DNA of 61,977 nt, filler included, from Dirinaria sp. TL-2023a (taxonomy: Eukaryota), in the NCBI GenBank assembly GCA_051941275.1. It is 22 parts of 22 records of this genome, joined end to end, with 100 filler letters (N's around TTAATTAATTAA, not from the genome) between each part and the next. Parts side by side here need not be neighbours in the genome. Positions count along the whole stretch, not along the records: positions 48,121 to 50,815 come from JAVEBF010002218.1; positions 50,916 to 53,608 come from JAVEBF010002219.1; positions 53,709 to 56,399 come from JAVEBF010002220.1; positions 56,500 to 59,189 come from JAVEBF010002221.1; positions 59,290 to 61,977 come from JAVEBF010002222.1; 17 more parts are not named here. One strand, given 5' to 3'. The position numbers and the translations under genes are program-made. A model generated the notes under the pieces. It searched no databases and was not told where the DNA came from. It saw only the letters and a program-made list of their open reading frames with translations. This document shows, piece after piece, positions 48,950-61,734 of the stretch (within the stretch, counting starts at the first letter, position 1; each line of letters opens with the position of its first letter).

Positions 48950-50521
48950 ATGGAGAGCGCCGCGACTGGAACCTTGAACGATGCTGCACGACAAGATCAT
49001 GCAATTCAACCAGAACAAGCCATTCAGCAAGATTTTTCTCCCGGCCTGGCAAGCCAGCCAGCTCTGAGGCCACAGTCCGAAGATGGTTCATCTAGAGGAA
49101 CGCCGCCCCCATTGAGTGCTTCAACTTCAAGTACGAGGGATTGGGCTCGTGAAATACGGCAAGCTGCTGGCACTCCACCTCCGCCGCCAGACACGATGTC
49201 CTATCCATCTCCCCCCATGACTAGAAATGGCCCCCCTGATCAAGGTAAGCTTCTCTAGCTGAGTTCACGTTCAAGCATTCAAACCCTCAATTGGTCATCC
49301 AAACCACTGCATATTTGCTCTCCTGGGCCGAGCCCGTCGTCAAGTTCTGATATCGGTCCTCTCAAAGGGCGCCAACTCAATCGTACACCTAGCCCTGATC
49401 GAAGCTTAAGTGGAAGTCATACGGGCCAAGAACTAGAATACCAAGAGGAGATCGCCTATCCATACGTTGAAATCAGCCCTATTCCGCCAAATGCCGTTGG
49501 AATAGCGACTCCGCCACCTGAGGACGATAGCCCGAAACACTCAGATGATTTAGAACGTGGGGAAAAACGAGTAGTGGAGTCCGCGAGCCATGTCAACGCA
49601 GCCAAATCTGCCAAAAGAAAAAAGAGTGCGCTCAAGAAGATCCTGCGGCTCCCAACCAAAGACCGTGTGCGAGCAGAAAAGTCCCGCAATCCAGTGCCCA
49701 CCAACGATGCGGACATCGAGTTCGAAAAGATCCTGCGGCTCCCGACCAAAGACCGTGTCGGAGCAGTAAATTCGCGCAATCTAGTGTACAATCGCAGAAG
49801 CGATGGGGCTCTCGCGATTAATTTCGCGACGATGCAACGAATGCGTCTTCAATCACTTCAGTCGGAGCTCGTAAAGCAGGCGCTTGATATAAGGTATCAT
49901 GGCCTTTCAAACTCTGATTGGGAAGAGTCATTGAAAAAATACAGTAAGTGCGTTTTTTTCATCTTCGGTATCCCCCTAGATGATAACTGGTAATGAACTC
50001 AGAGTAAAGTCCAGGCGTGGCGAGATTTGGATTATATGCACGACTGCGCCAAAAGAAAGAATGATCCTTTCATGGTCACTTCATCGAAATGTCTCGGCGC
50101 CGCTGCGATCCGCGAGCATCTGGCAGATATCGGCTCCGGACTGACTGACGAACAGCAAGAGCTGGTCGAGCTGTACCGCGACCATTCCGCTTACCCAGGA
50201 CCAATCGACCTCGACAAACCAGAAGTCCTGGGCGGATACCGAACCACAACGATCAAGGAAACCAAGCTCCAAGACTTCCTTGTCAGGCTCGGGATGGCGA
50301 GCTTGGGGTGGCTGTTCATCGTGGGGCCGATGCTACTAATGGTGCTGAACAACACAAAATTTACGGCGCTCTTGACCACTTCCGTCTGCGTGGGAACATT
50401 TGGATTGATGATGGCCCGAGCGTTGGAAAAGCCCTCCGATGTGCTGTCCGCGACGGCGGCGTACGCGGCCGTCTTGGTCGTTTTTGTCGGTACAACCACG
50501 AGCCCGGGAGCTGGTGACTAA
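48950..50521 (+). CDS. DUF6594-type membrane protein, second subtype (multi-exon)
   Basis: INFATMQRMRLQSLQ.ELV..LKKY/VQAWRDLDYM..DPF; C-terminal TMs ..SDVLSATAAYAAVLVVFVG; intron near 49945-50008. Confidence 0.78.
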
Positions 50522-50915
50522 TAATGGTTCAGGAATTGAGATATCCGATGTTCTCGTCTACGTTTCAAAAGTATATTTGAAAGAATAGCGATCCTGGCGG
50601 CGGAACTGTCCAGTCTTCAGGCACTACTTCCTTACTTCCTATTTGAAACCACTCTGTCCTTGTAGTGGAACCAGAGTCAACGCAATGGTAATTTGCAGCA
50701 TTACTGTGCGAATTTGCAGATGTTCGATTATATTACTCTCTAAATAGCCACTACATACTTATTGAGCGGCTCAGTACCTGTCAGACAGCAAATCTTTCAC
50801 ATTGCGCCAAAAGGGNNNNNNNNNNNNNNNNNNNNNNNNNNNNNNNNNNNNNNNNNNNNTTAATTAATTAANNNNNNNNNNNNNNNNNNNNNNNNNNNNN
50901 NNNNNNNNNNNNNNN

Positions 50916-52470
50916 AAGAGAGGTCGAGAGGGAGATTGTGGGTGCTCAGGGGGGAGAGTTTTGGATCGCGTTTAAGGGCGCTAGGGTGGTTCCTTTGAGT
51001 GATGATGATGGTGACGAGGTGGTGGATGAAGAGGATTGGAGGCGCAGGTTGAGGATTCCCGAGTTGTGGGATGAGCAATTCGCGGGTTTGGAGAAGCAGG
51101 AGTACCACCAGGGTGTTACGAGGTGTATTGCTGCTGCTGCTGATGGTGGGATGAACGAACAACGTGAAAGCGACACGATCCAGAAGATGCCGCACGATTG
51201 GGGATTACAGGGGAACATCATCACTACTCGCGGAAAAACGACTTTGACGCTATCGAATCTATTCTACTGTAATCCTGAGCAGCAGCGCGCCGATGAACAG
51301 ATGCGCGTTTTAGCCGAGGATATCAGACGGATCCTCCTTGACCATGAGAGGACTCCTGGTGACATCGTCTTCACCACGATTCTCCTCCGCTCGATGCAGG
51401 ATTTCGCAGCCGTCAACGGCGTCTACGCGAAACTGTTCACAAAACCAAACCCCCCTGCCCGAGTCACGGTTGCTTGTGGAAATGCCTTACCACACGGTGG
51501 AGAGATCATGCTCTCTCTCATCATCGACTTAGGCCCGCGGGAGGCTCGCCAGGGTCTTCATGTGCAATCCAGATCCTATTGGGCGCCTGCTAACATTGGC
51601 CCGTACTCGCAAGCCGTTTCGGTACCGATTCCCAACGCTGAGGAGGACTCAGACCAGCAGGCATCTTTGGTTTATGTTGCAGGCCAGATCCCCCTAGTGC
51701 CCGCGTCGATGAGGGTCCTGCAGGTCCCGGAGCTGGAGAACCAGGATCCAGTAGGTGCGGCGCTGGCGGCGTTTTGGAAGCAGACTTGTTTGTCGCTGCA
51801 GCATCTCTGGCGAATTGGAGGGGCCACGGGCATCACATGGTGGGCGTACGGGGTTGCTTTCATCGCTGGTGAGGATCATATAGGAGTCAAAGCAAAGCTT
51901 GCCGCTCTCGCATGGGAGAAGGTACACGATCGAAGTATTTGGGAACATGACGATGAAGATGATGAAGATAGTCCAGATGTGTGGGACAAAAAGTATGGAG
52001 GTCAGGGCAGTTTTGCTGTCGAGATACAGGAACATCGACTGCCAGATTTTGAGAGCTTGACGCTTGAGTCCAGTTTATCTTCCGAAGTACCTTCATTCTT
52101 TGCAGCTCAGGTAGACGAGCTACCGCAAAGTTGCAGTGTCGAATGGCAAGGTCTGGGGACTGCTACGTCAAATGTAAGCCTGCATTCATTCCTCGAGAAT
52201 GACATGGATATACAGCAATGTACAGTAGGCAACAAGCATTGGACGGTCTCAGCTTGCAGCATACCAGGCTCAGCCTCTGACCAAGATCTTGAATGTATGC
52301 TCTCCCAACTGGCTAGCAAATCAGGAGACAAGTCCTCCTTAGTCATATACACGGCGAGAACCTGGCTCATGAGCACTGTCAAGGCGCAAATCATGCCTTG
52401 CAGAAGTGTCTGGGGCAAAGATGGTTCAGAGCTTGCGGCTGCCGTGCTTGTCAGAACAGAAGGCTCATAG
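50916..52470 (+). CDS. DPH6: Diphthine-ammonia ligase, C-terminal part with two YjgF/RidA-like domains (5' truncated)
   Basis: M.DFA.VN.VY..F..PNPPARVTV; LHVQSRSYWAPANIGPYSQA; VAGQIPL.PASM; FFAAQVDELP...VEW. Confidence 0.9.
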
Positions 52471-52845
52471 AGTACTCGATCCCGATCAATGAGCTCATTT
52501 TACCCCAATTACCCTTTCCCAGAAGCCGCTAAATCAGTAGCGATTCCTGAGGGAATGCTTTGCGATGACAGTGGCTCAAGTGGATATCCATATCCATATC
52601 CAGGAGGCTAGTTGCTGAAACCCACGATGACTCGAAGCGTAAAAGGGGCATTCAATGGTTCGAGTCGAGGCGCCTTTAGGAATCGATCTCCGGAATACCT
52701 CAATTTAGTTGGAATGGTCTCCTTTTCCGGCCTGCTCCTTTTCCGCAAAGTGGTCTCAGCTGCGAGAATGAACCTCCTTGCGGTACTATTGAGCCTGTCT
52801 AAGGTTTGATACATGTGTCCGAAGCTGTCTCTACCAGTCTGAGCC

Positions 52846-53608
52846 TCAGGTATAGTTCTCGAATTCGAAGTTCCAGATGCTGTTCGCGCCCTCATCGAAG
52901 TCATGGCCTTTGGAACTCTGGGATCCCACGTGCTGTAGTAATGGTGGTACCAGGGCGAACCGTGGTAGACGCTCAGCATTACCCCATCGTTCTAGGGTCA
53001 TATCGACGTAGTAACGTTGGTTTGTCGCATGCCGTACGGTTTCCGTAGCTTGCGGAACGATGTCGCGAGGGAAGATAAGACCTTGAGAACAGCAACCGAA
53101 TCTCTCCATTCTTTGAAGCCCTGGAGAAGGTGGTCGCATCGACACCCTGCCGGCCATGAAATATAGCACAATGGTTGTTGGCAGACAAAAGAAGCAAACC
53201 AGAGCGATCGTATAATGTGACATATACTTCCGCAGGCGGCGAGAGCAGGCACGGGTACCAACCAAGGCTGTCGCAGTAATCAATAAAGCGACAATCGACC
53301 ACCCAAGGTATTGCATCCATTCTTCACTGTTCCATCCAAACAGCTTCTCAGTGTAGAAGAGCCGAAGGTACAGCCATTTGGATTCACCCATTTGAGCTTC
53401 AATTTCCTCCAGTGCGGCAATGGCTTTTGGGAACCATCCAGCTTTGGCAAGAACATCGTCTTCGACCAACATAACCCATTTTGCGCCCGTAGTGTGGCAT
53501 CTCTTGAGAAGGTACTCATAATCGTACATTGACTTATTCCAGTACTGATGTCTCTCCTCGAACGAACGTAGACGGGCTAGGTCGCTTTCGCTGAAATTAT
53601 ATTCCACA
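52846..53608 (-). CDS. PGAP4-like GT-A glycosyltransferase with two internal TMs (5' truncated)
   Basis: K..YDY.YLL..C; LVEDDV acidic metal-binding motif; LYLRLFYTE..GWN; two TMs; GCCSQGLIFPR; LQHVG..SS. Confidence 0.72.
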
Positions 53609-53708
53609 NNNNNNNNNNNNNNNNNNNNNNNNNNNNNNNNNNNNNNNNNNNNTTAATTAATTAANNNNNNNNNNNNNNNNNNNNNNNNNNNNNNNNNNNN
53701 NNNNNNNN

Positions 53709-54366
53709 AGGCACGAAAATGTGCCACGGATGAGAACATCAGTGTTGCTAATCCAAAGTTGTTCAATTGAGGCGCTGTCGATGCCAATAATCTATCCCAG
53801 GATGCAATTCAACTATTGATCACCTCCTATCAGAGCAAGCGAAACATCACCCCTATGTCCGCCGGTGGCGCAGCCTGCAAGGTAACGAACCAGGAGGTTC
53901 AGGCAATATTGAAACAGAAGGACGGGCTGGAAGTCGACCTAGAGGAGTTTAAAGAATTCGCTCCGGGCATAGGACTTAAAATCTCGATTCAGTTCTGTGT
54001 GACTCTGTGAGCTCCAGCTGGAGTGCGAATATTCACTTCGATCGTCTTATGATCGCATTATTTGAAAATCAATTAAAATCGCTTTTTGAGTCGCCAGTAA
54101 ATGAGTTTCTTCAGCATGTCAAATACGAGGCTTACGAGCGAATGAAAAAATTTGGACGCGAGTATCCAATCGATCATGTCATCGACACGGTTACAGCGAA
54201 ATACGATATCGAAGTCCAAACTTTAATTACTCAGCTGAAAGAAATCATCGATGCGATCGATTACGAAAATAAGATCGCTGATCGAAGTAATTCCCGTTCT
54301 ACGCTCAGTGTCGTGGATCATGAAAACTTGATGCTCAAGATTAGCAGGAAAATTGAAGGAATTTGA
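53709..54366 (+). pseudogene. Decayed unknown coding fragment
   Basis: Protein-like frames with an in-frame TGA (53768) and a frameshift near 54007; the distal part is CpG-rich and CC/GG-poor. Confidence 0.3.
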
Positions 54367-57300
54367 TTTCAGTAGTTGATCGTTCACAGCACGAAGGAAA
54401 ATACTCTATGTATCGAAGCCGCCATGGATCAGGTCGACGACACCGAACTTCGTTGTCTTCAATAACCTCATTAGTCTGATGCCGCAAAAATTTGGAGCTG
54501 GACTCTGTAGTTCTGTAGCGTTGGGCCATTGGCACTTTCTTTTTCCCTCGCCAAGTCGCTCTGATGCTCTTGACGCCGGATGTGTTTAGCAGTCCGGAAA
54601 GTTAGCATTAGGAGAACAATCATCCTTCATCAAAATTCTATCCGCGTGCATAGCAGATTCTTTCATCTATTAAAAACCGCAAAATTTTCTAAGCACTTTC
54701 GTCAGATTCAACCAAATTCCGTCACTGCTCGAACGTCGAGTTATAGCGAAGTATATCAGAATCAGATACTCGATTTGTTCAACAATCAACTCTTCATTAC
54801 TCATAAATCTTTTTTTTTTTTTGATTTAGCAATTAGCAACCAGTACGAGCTCGAATCAGCGTGTTTTCGATTTTAAACCAAGGTGCATGAAACCGCACCA
54901 AGAACTTTTTCCTTCCCTGTATCGTTTCACTGAAGTATCTTACGAAACATGCATTCGACCTCGGACCGATCCAAAAAAAAAAAATCGCGACTCCGAGCGT
55001 TCCTCGCTTCATTTTCATCCTAGTAGCAGTCATTCCACAGCTGAATTCAGACATTCAAAAAAGATCGAGATTGAAAAATCATTTTCTCGCACTACAATCC
55101 TCTTTCACATACATGCTCCTTCTACATGACGCAGCTAAACACTACCAACTTCGAAGAATAACCCCAGACCCAACAGAACCTGACAAGAGCGCTGAGAACA
55201 GGTGATCTGTATGTCATTAAGCTTCGAGATTCCAAGAAGCACAGAACACAGAAAATAATGAGGACCCTGCCATCGCTGTATCTATCAAACCACTTCAACG
55301 AGTTTCGCCGCTGGGAGGAAAATCAAATTTTTCAGATATTCCCCTTAAGGATTCTCTGAATCTTGCAGCTCAGAGCTGTACACTAGAGTCTGCTCTCAGA
55401 GCATGTATTCATGTTTTAAGTACCTCGATCTCTCCACTTCTTTTCTCATTCTGCTCGCAAAACATACTTCCTATATTTCAATTATCCCTGAATCTTCCGT
55501 TCGTGCAGAAATCGTTTTCATTTTTCACATTAACGATGCTTCCACAGACCAGCATCCTTCTCAACCTCACCGATTATACATGTCATGCGGTGCCCCGTGG
55601 GGGGGGGGGAGGATCCCCGGGTGGCGGGCGCATGCCAAGTCCTAGAATATTAAGTGGTAATAGTAGTATTATTCCAATGGAGTTTTCCAGTCGGAATAAT
55701 TACTGTGGTCTTTTGACCCAGGTAAACTAGCAAGCACTATTACCCTTGACTAGCCGGTTTTACAATACATACCACATACGTACAGTAGTAAGAATACCTT
55801 AAAAATGGCCTATGGAAGCAATAATAACCATCCTAGCTTCCCTAAATATTTCAATAGTATATCACGGTCATAAAGTACACACGCGGACCTTCCCCTCTAT
55901 TGACGTGACTACTTGAGACACACTCCCCCCAATATAAGATATATCAAACCCGTCGAGTCAGCATCGAACTTCACGTACGATGCCGCGCAATCTATACTAA
56001 GTCTGCCGATACCCTTTCACGCGCTCGTCATTGACTAAATCCTAGCTCTACCAGTGCGCCACGGTTGGCGCCATAACACAGCTACAATATATCAATATCA
56101 TGCGAATTCATCAGACGAGTCACGCACGTTTTATACTCAGAAAAAGCAACATAGTCCGCAGAGCAATGAGGACTGTCACTTCTGAATCGCATGGATATTG
56201 TTCCGATGGGGGTATACCTAGGATTGATCATCTTCGGCCGCGATTTTAAGTTGCCGGCCCTACATTTGAAAAACTATTGAGAATGAATTGGATGTTCCTA
56301 GATTGCTCTACATCACGATGTATCATCCTTAGAGCTGTGAGGTCAGAATTGAACGCTCTAATCAAATAGTTGGAAATTGCTCTGCGATTCCACTATACAN
56401 NNNNNNNNNNNNNNNNNNNNNNNNNNNNNNNNNNNNNNNNNNNTTAATTAATTAANNNNNNNNNNNNNNNNNNNNNNNNNNNNNNNNNNNNNNNNNNNNA
56501 CGAGTAGTTATTCAAAAGTAAGGTAGGTCGAGGGCAGTATGTAAATGAGTTTTAATTGATGAATATATATAATGTGTTGGGAGTCACTGAACGCTTTGAT
56601 GTTTTTCAGAGTTCTCTTGACTCTCTATGTATTTATAATAATTTTGACTCTCGTATGAGGCGGGGGTTTGGTATGTGATTGGTTTTGGATGATTCTTGCC
56701 GGTTTTTTTTTTTTTTTTTGGTTTTTTTTTTAAAAAGTATTTTGAGGCATTTGGATCTGCTCTCTTCAGGGGATTTCGATTTGCGCTGCGCGATGAGGTC
56801 TGGATTCTTGCTTACTCAGCACTACCTTCAATGAGCACTCCCATTTTCTGACCAGAGGCGACTTGTTTCCTTTTTCTTTTCCTCCATCCAGGTCTAGGTT
56901 ACTACTCCGAGCCTATACTCATGGACTTTTCGTCGCAGAAACCCTGTCGCAAGGGATTGTTCTTTGGCTATTTTATGTGGGAACATAGCCTGAGGGAGGC
57001 TACGCATGGATCATAATTAAGGCATCTCACACAGCCTAGACTCTATTCCATTGTGTACCCCGACTTTAACCAAGGGACACGATTCAGAGCGACAGGATGT
57101 GGAAACTGACACAAAGAGGCCAAGCGGGCAAGGATTGACTCGATTGCGGTAGGGCACACACACCACCCTTTGAAACGAAAGCATCCTGACACATGCGCGA
57201 GGAATGTGCGGAGCACAGGTATAATTACCATGCACAGCCCAGAGCCACAATAATCGCAACCGCTACTACAAGGAGAGAATGCACGGAACATGCATTGCAT

Positions 57301-57972
57301 TCGAGCGTGACGAGAAACGCCACCTTGGAAACACCGTTTCATCGTTTTCTGTGGCTTCAGTCTTCCGGGCACGTTGTTTTCTGCGATTGGCCGGTATGCA
57401 TTAAGGTATTGAGTGCTATATGCACTGTGCCCCAATGGTCCCCTCCAACTATTTTGAAGATTCCATTCAATTGGCATCCACGGTGATGTGAGATTACGTC
57501 AGATTCCGAGGGAAAAGGGATCTGCGGCTGACTTGCAGAATGCAGTCCCGAGTCATCCTTTCCACATCCGGCATCTTGGACGACATGGACCTGTTCCCTC
57601 TGCATCGCTCCGCCACCAGGCAGCCCATTTCCCATCAATCATGAATCCTGTTCATTACCGGAGAAGCGTGGCGAAAAATAAGATCGAGATCTGGCTCGCT
57701 CACTCTATCATTAGAGTTCCGAGGCACGCAATTCTGTATGACAGATAAGGTCATCGATAGCATACGATGACTGCGGCGCACATGACAATAATCCCCTGGA
57801 CAATAATCCCTTGGCGAGGAGCTGGGGAAATGGCCAGAGTGAGTAATCCTGTGCGCAAACATGTAAGGTACCCTTTTCTCGCCATGCTGTTCACACATCT
57901 TCCTCTCAATCCTATTCTTCTCATGAAACACATGATCCCGCTGCGAAGTGGTGGTCGAATTCTGCGGCGAAC

Positions 57973-59154
57973 ATGTTGTACGGAGTGACCAGTCTCATAG
58001 TGACGGCAACGGTTCTGCCTTTCCTTGGTTCCGTGCTCGTTGCGCTGAGGTTCTATGTTCGTCTGCGCTTGAAACCGACTTTCGTTGGCATCGATGATTG
58101 GCTCATCCTCTTCGCTTGTGTCCTGGTCTGGGGACAAGGCGCGAATCAGATCGTGGCTGCTGTGATCGGAGAATTGGGGAGGGATAATCAGAAAACGGTG
58201 GAATGGCGCCTGCACAATCAACAGCAGACCGATTATGCGGTTTTGATCTTCGAGAAGATCACCTACACTTCGAGTAAGTGCTGTATCACTGTCATATCCT
58301 CGGAGAATTCTAATTGGATGCCTTAGTCAAACTCAGCGTTCTCTTCTTCTATCGCCGCATCTTTTTCCACATGAAATCCTTCCGGATCGCAAACGACATC
58401 CTGATCGTGCTCGTGACGGTATGGGGCACCGTCTTTTTGTTTTCCGAAGCCTTCCTCTGCAAAGCAGATTCCCACCACGGACATCCCTGTGCACCGCAGG
58501 AATGGGCTTCGCTATGGTTCGCCATCACGGACGTGTTGACCGATATCGCCATCCTGGTCTTGCCTTACCCGTGCATTCGGATGCTGCAGATGAGCAGAAG
58601 GGATAAAATCGGCCTCAGCGCTATCTTCTTCCTCGGAACTCTGTACATGAACTCCAACCTCCCTTCTCACTGTGTTTACCATGACTGACGTGTCTCAGAG
58701 CCCTGATCTTCGGAATCATCCGTCTGGGATTCGTCGCGAAGACATTCTCCAGTACGCCCACCTTGAGCACCCCTCACTCTTCCATCCACAAACCCCACTA
58801 AACATGATCCCAGTGTACTTCCACCCCTCCGAAAGCGAAACAAGCCCCAACCGCACCCCCCCAAACATCTGGACCACGGTCGAAGTATCCGTCGGTCTTG
58901 TCGCCGCGTGTCTGCCGCCGCTGGGACCTCTGATGCGGCGCGCCCCGTCGCTGAAATTCTTCACCTCGAAACTGCACGGCTTTTCCTGGCGGACGCGGTC
59001 GTCGCGGAGCAGGGAGTTTACGAAGCGCCTGTCGAGCGTGGATGATGTATCGCGGGTCAAGGAGGGTGAGGGGGATGGCGATGGATATGAAATGGGGCGT
59101 GTAAGGAAGGCGGAGGTGATGGACCCGACTGCGCGGATAGGGCAGGTGGTTTAG
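57973..59154 (+). CDS. PTH11-like integral membrane protein (fungal rhodopsin-like domain, no CFEM), multi-exon
   Basis: VALRFYVR..GIDDWLI; spliced KLSVLFFYRRIF; TDIAILVLP.P.I..LQM...KIGL.AIF.LG; WTTVEVSVGLVAACLPPL. Confidence 0.88.
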
Positions 59155-60306
59155 CATATTCATCCTCACTTTTTTTTTTTTTTTTTTTTNNNNNNNNNNN
59201 NNNNNNNNNNNNNNNNNNNNNNNNNNNNNNNNNTTAATTAATTAANNNNNNNNNNNNNNNNNNNNNNNNNNNNNNNNNNNNNNNNNNNNGATGACGATGA
59301 AATGATTTCACCACGAACGTGTCATGGTCAAATAGGCAAACCGTGAAAGCAGGTTGAATGTATTAGAAAAAAGAGTTTGAGAGATGGGAAAAATAAGTGG
59401 GGAGGGCGGCGTGGGCAGCAAAAGTGAAGGCGGTGTGTTCAGCAAAAGTGAAGGTGGTGTGACGGCAGTGGTTGCCTTCAGTAATCACTTAGATTGGCGT
59501 TACCAATGGACACTGTGAATGTTATTCGAGTTGAGTAAGCCGGTGCTTTATGCAAGGCTTCCTCACGCCCAAGGTTCTATTACCTTTAGGAATCCCCAGA
59601 CTGCAGGATGGAAACAGCCAGGAGGCTACCCCCTCGATCAGAGTATTTCAGGAGTAATGGAGGGCTCGCACGGCAGGAGTGAAGAACACAAAAGTGGGGG
59701 AGGGGGAGGCAAACGAGAGCGTCGCCTGCATGTTCACTATTTGCCTACTTGACAGTGGGGGTTCGATGATCGATAAGTCTGTTGTGGCTTCGTTCATACA
59801 TTTTTGCCATGAGTTGCTGACTTTGAGATTAGTCTCCAGCTACAGAGTCGGATACTTTGCCTTTTCATTCCTTTCTTGGTGAGAACTAGGAACCGCAAGA
59901 TGACCCCGCGCCCCTTTTCCCCCTAATTTTCGAAGCTATCCAAGGCGGATTGCATCGTCCGGGCACCCTTCTTATGCTCATTTATAGTACTCGAACGGCC
60001 ATATGTCTGGCATCCAGGCTGAAGAACTGTTGGGCAATTTTTTCTTGGTATGGCTCGTTGCGCGAAATTTTTCTTTTGTGGCGCACCTCTCGGCCACCAG
60101 CACCAACGGAAATTCGCCACTTCCTTCAACAGTATTACTCAACGACATGAGGCATAGACTTATAAGCAGTCCGTCTACCCGTACGATGCTGGAATCCAAT
60201 CATTTTACGACATAACTCGAAATCTCCATCAATTACCATCTTCAAATTTCCGTCACTACCTACGCTCTACAACTATTCCGTTCTCTATATCTTCGCCACC
60301 TACATC

Positions 60307-60842
60307 ATGCATCTCTCCGCACCGTTCATCCTGCTCGTGGCCGCTTTCATCCAACTCACCTTGGCCTACTCACCCGCACTGACCTCCCTCATGGCCCTCG
60401 CATCCTCGACGTCCCCCAAACGTAAGTTTTCTTTCTGCCTCCCCCTGCCCCCGCTTTGCAAAAAATTCGTACTTTGGCACTAACACTGCCCCCAGCATGC
60501 ACGTATGCCGGCTCGATCACATACATGAAAGACTACCCTTTCGACACGCATCACATGGATTACAAATACCTGCCGAAAGATCGAACCTGGAAGGGAAGCA
60601 ACTGCTGCCGCGCGTGCCAGAACACGAAAAACTGCATGGCTGCGCGCTGGGTGGGCTCGTTACATGACTGCACGCTGCAGATCAATGTCGAGAAATGGGG
60701 ATCGCCCAGCAACAAGTATGAGGTGGGGGGAGAGACGACCAAGATGTGCCCGCTGGGCGTCGTCCACGAGGGAGATATAGATGTGGAGGAGGAGAATTGG
60801 GAGGGCATGATTCCAGGCCCGTGCTGGAAGCCACATTGGTAA
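60307..60842 (+). CDS. Small secreted cysteine-rich protein (PAN/apple-like CCxxC..C), intron 60422-60496
   Basis: Signal peptide MHLSAPFILLVAAFIQLTLA; GTAAGT..CTAAC..CAG intron; 8 Cys in about 150 aa. Confidence 0.75.
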
Positions 60843-61734
60843 GATGGCGGAGAAGAGAAGCTGGAGGGATGAGTTAGATCCGTGGGGCTCTGTTTCTTCA
60901 ATGCAATTTCGACAAAGCGTGTTATGATAGTAAATTTTTTCCTTTGGCATTTGCATTACGGTGTACTTCATACCCCTTACGGGAAAGAGCTGAACTATGT
61001 TGGTACATCAAATGTCCTTATCTGATGGCAAAGACTTGAGAATAATTCCCGTGTTCGTAAATCCTTGAAAAGGAATTCGTTGTCTCGAAACAAACCGGGG
61101 AAAATATCGATAGCGTTGAGTGGCTTAGGTAAGTATTTCAACCACTTACTTATGAACTTTAAATTTTCCTATTTGGACACATCGACTGTACATATTCTCT
61201 TACGAAGTATGGTACTATTTCCCATACGAGAAAATACGATCTGATGGTGGAGTAGACAAGGACTAAATTAACGACAGAGGGTGAAGTCATGTGACAATGA
61301 CACGCATGCGCTAGATCGAGGTCGCTGATGAACTTAGGTACCTTAAGAGTTTACTTTCGAGATGATGATCACCTCATGCCTCAAAATCTTTCCATTCCTT
61401 TGGGCTGCCGGAGTAGATCCCGGTCCGCCGGCGCTACGATATGATGGTCACGTAGACCGCAATCGCGCTAAGAGCTTCCCCGCATTGCCTTACTTTGATC
61501 CTTGCGAAAGCCAGTAGTACTTTGGCCCGTCTGGATCCGAAGCTGACATCTTTTTTATCTCCAACCATGCACCAAATAGCCTTGCAAGTTTTCCACCCGA
61601 CCTGCACGGAGTACTGAAAAAGGAAGCGTGCATATTGAGTGAGTGAGTACCAACGAGAAGAACGAAGAAGTTGGAATATCTGTCACAGCTCACCGCCGCC
61701 TTGGTATCCTTGCAGCGCTTCAGCATCACGCAAG

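Noticed and set aside
45815..50521. Tandem pair or cluster of DUF6594 genes
   Set aside because: The genes are on different contigs separated by a linker; adjacency reflects length sorting
59417..59461. Short tandem duplications (24 bp x2 here; 15 bp x2 at ~19294 and ~57784)
   Set aside because: Ordinary slippage duplications with no further structure
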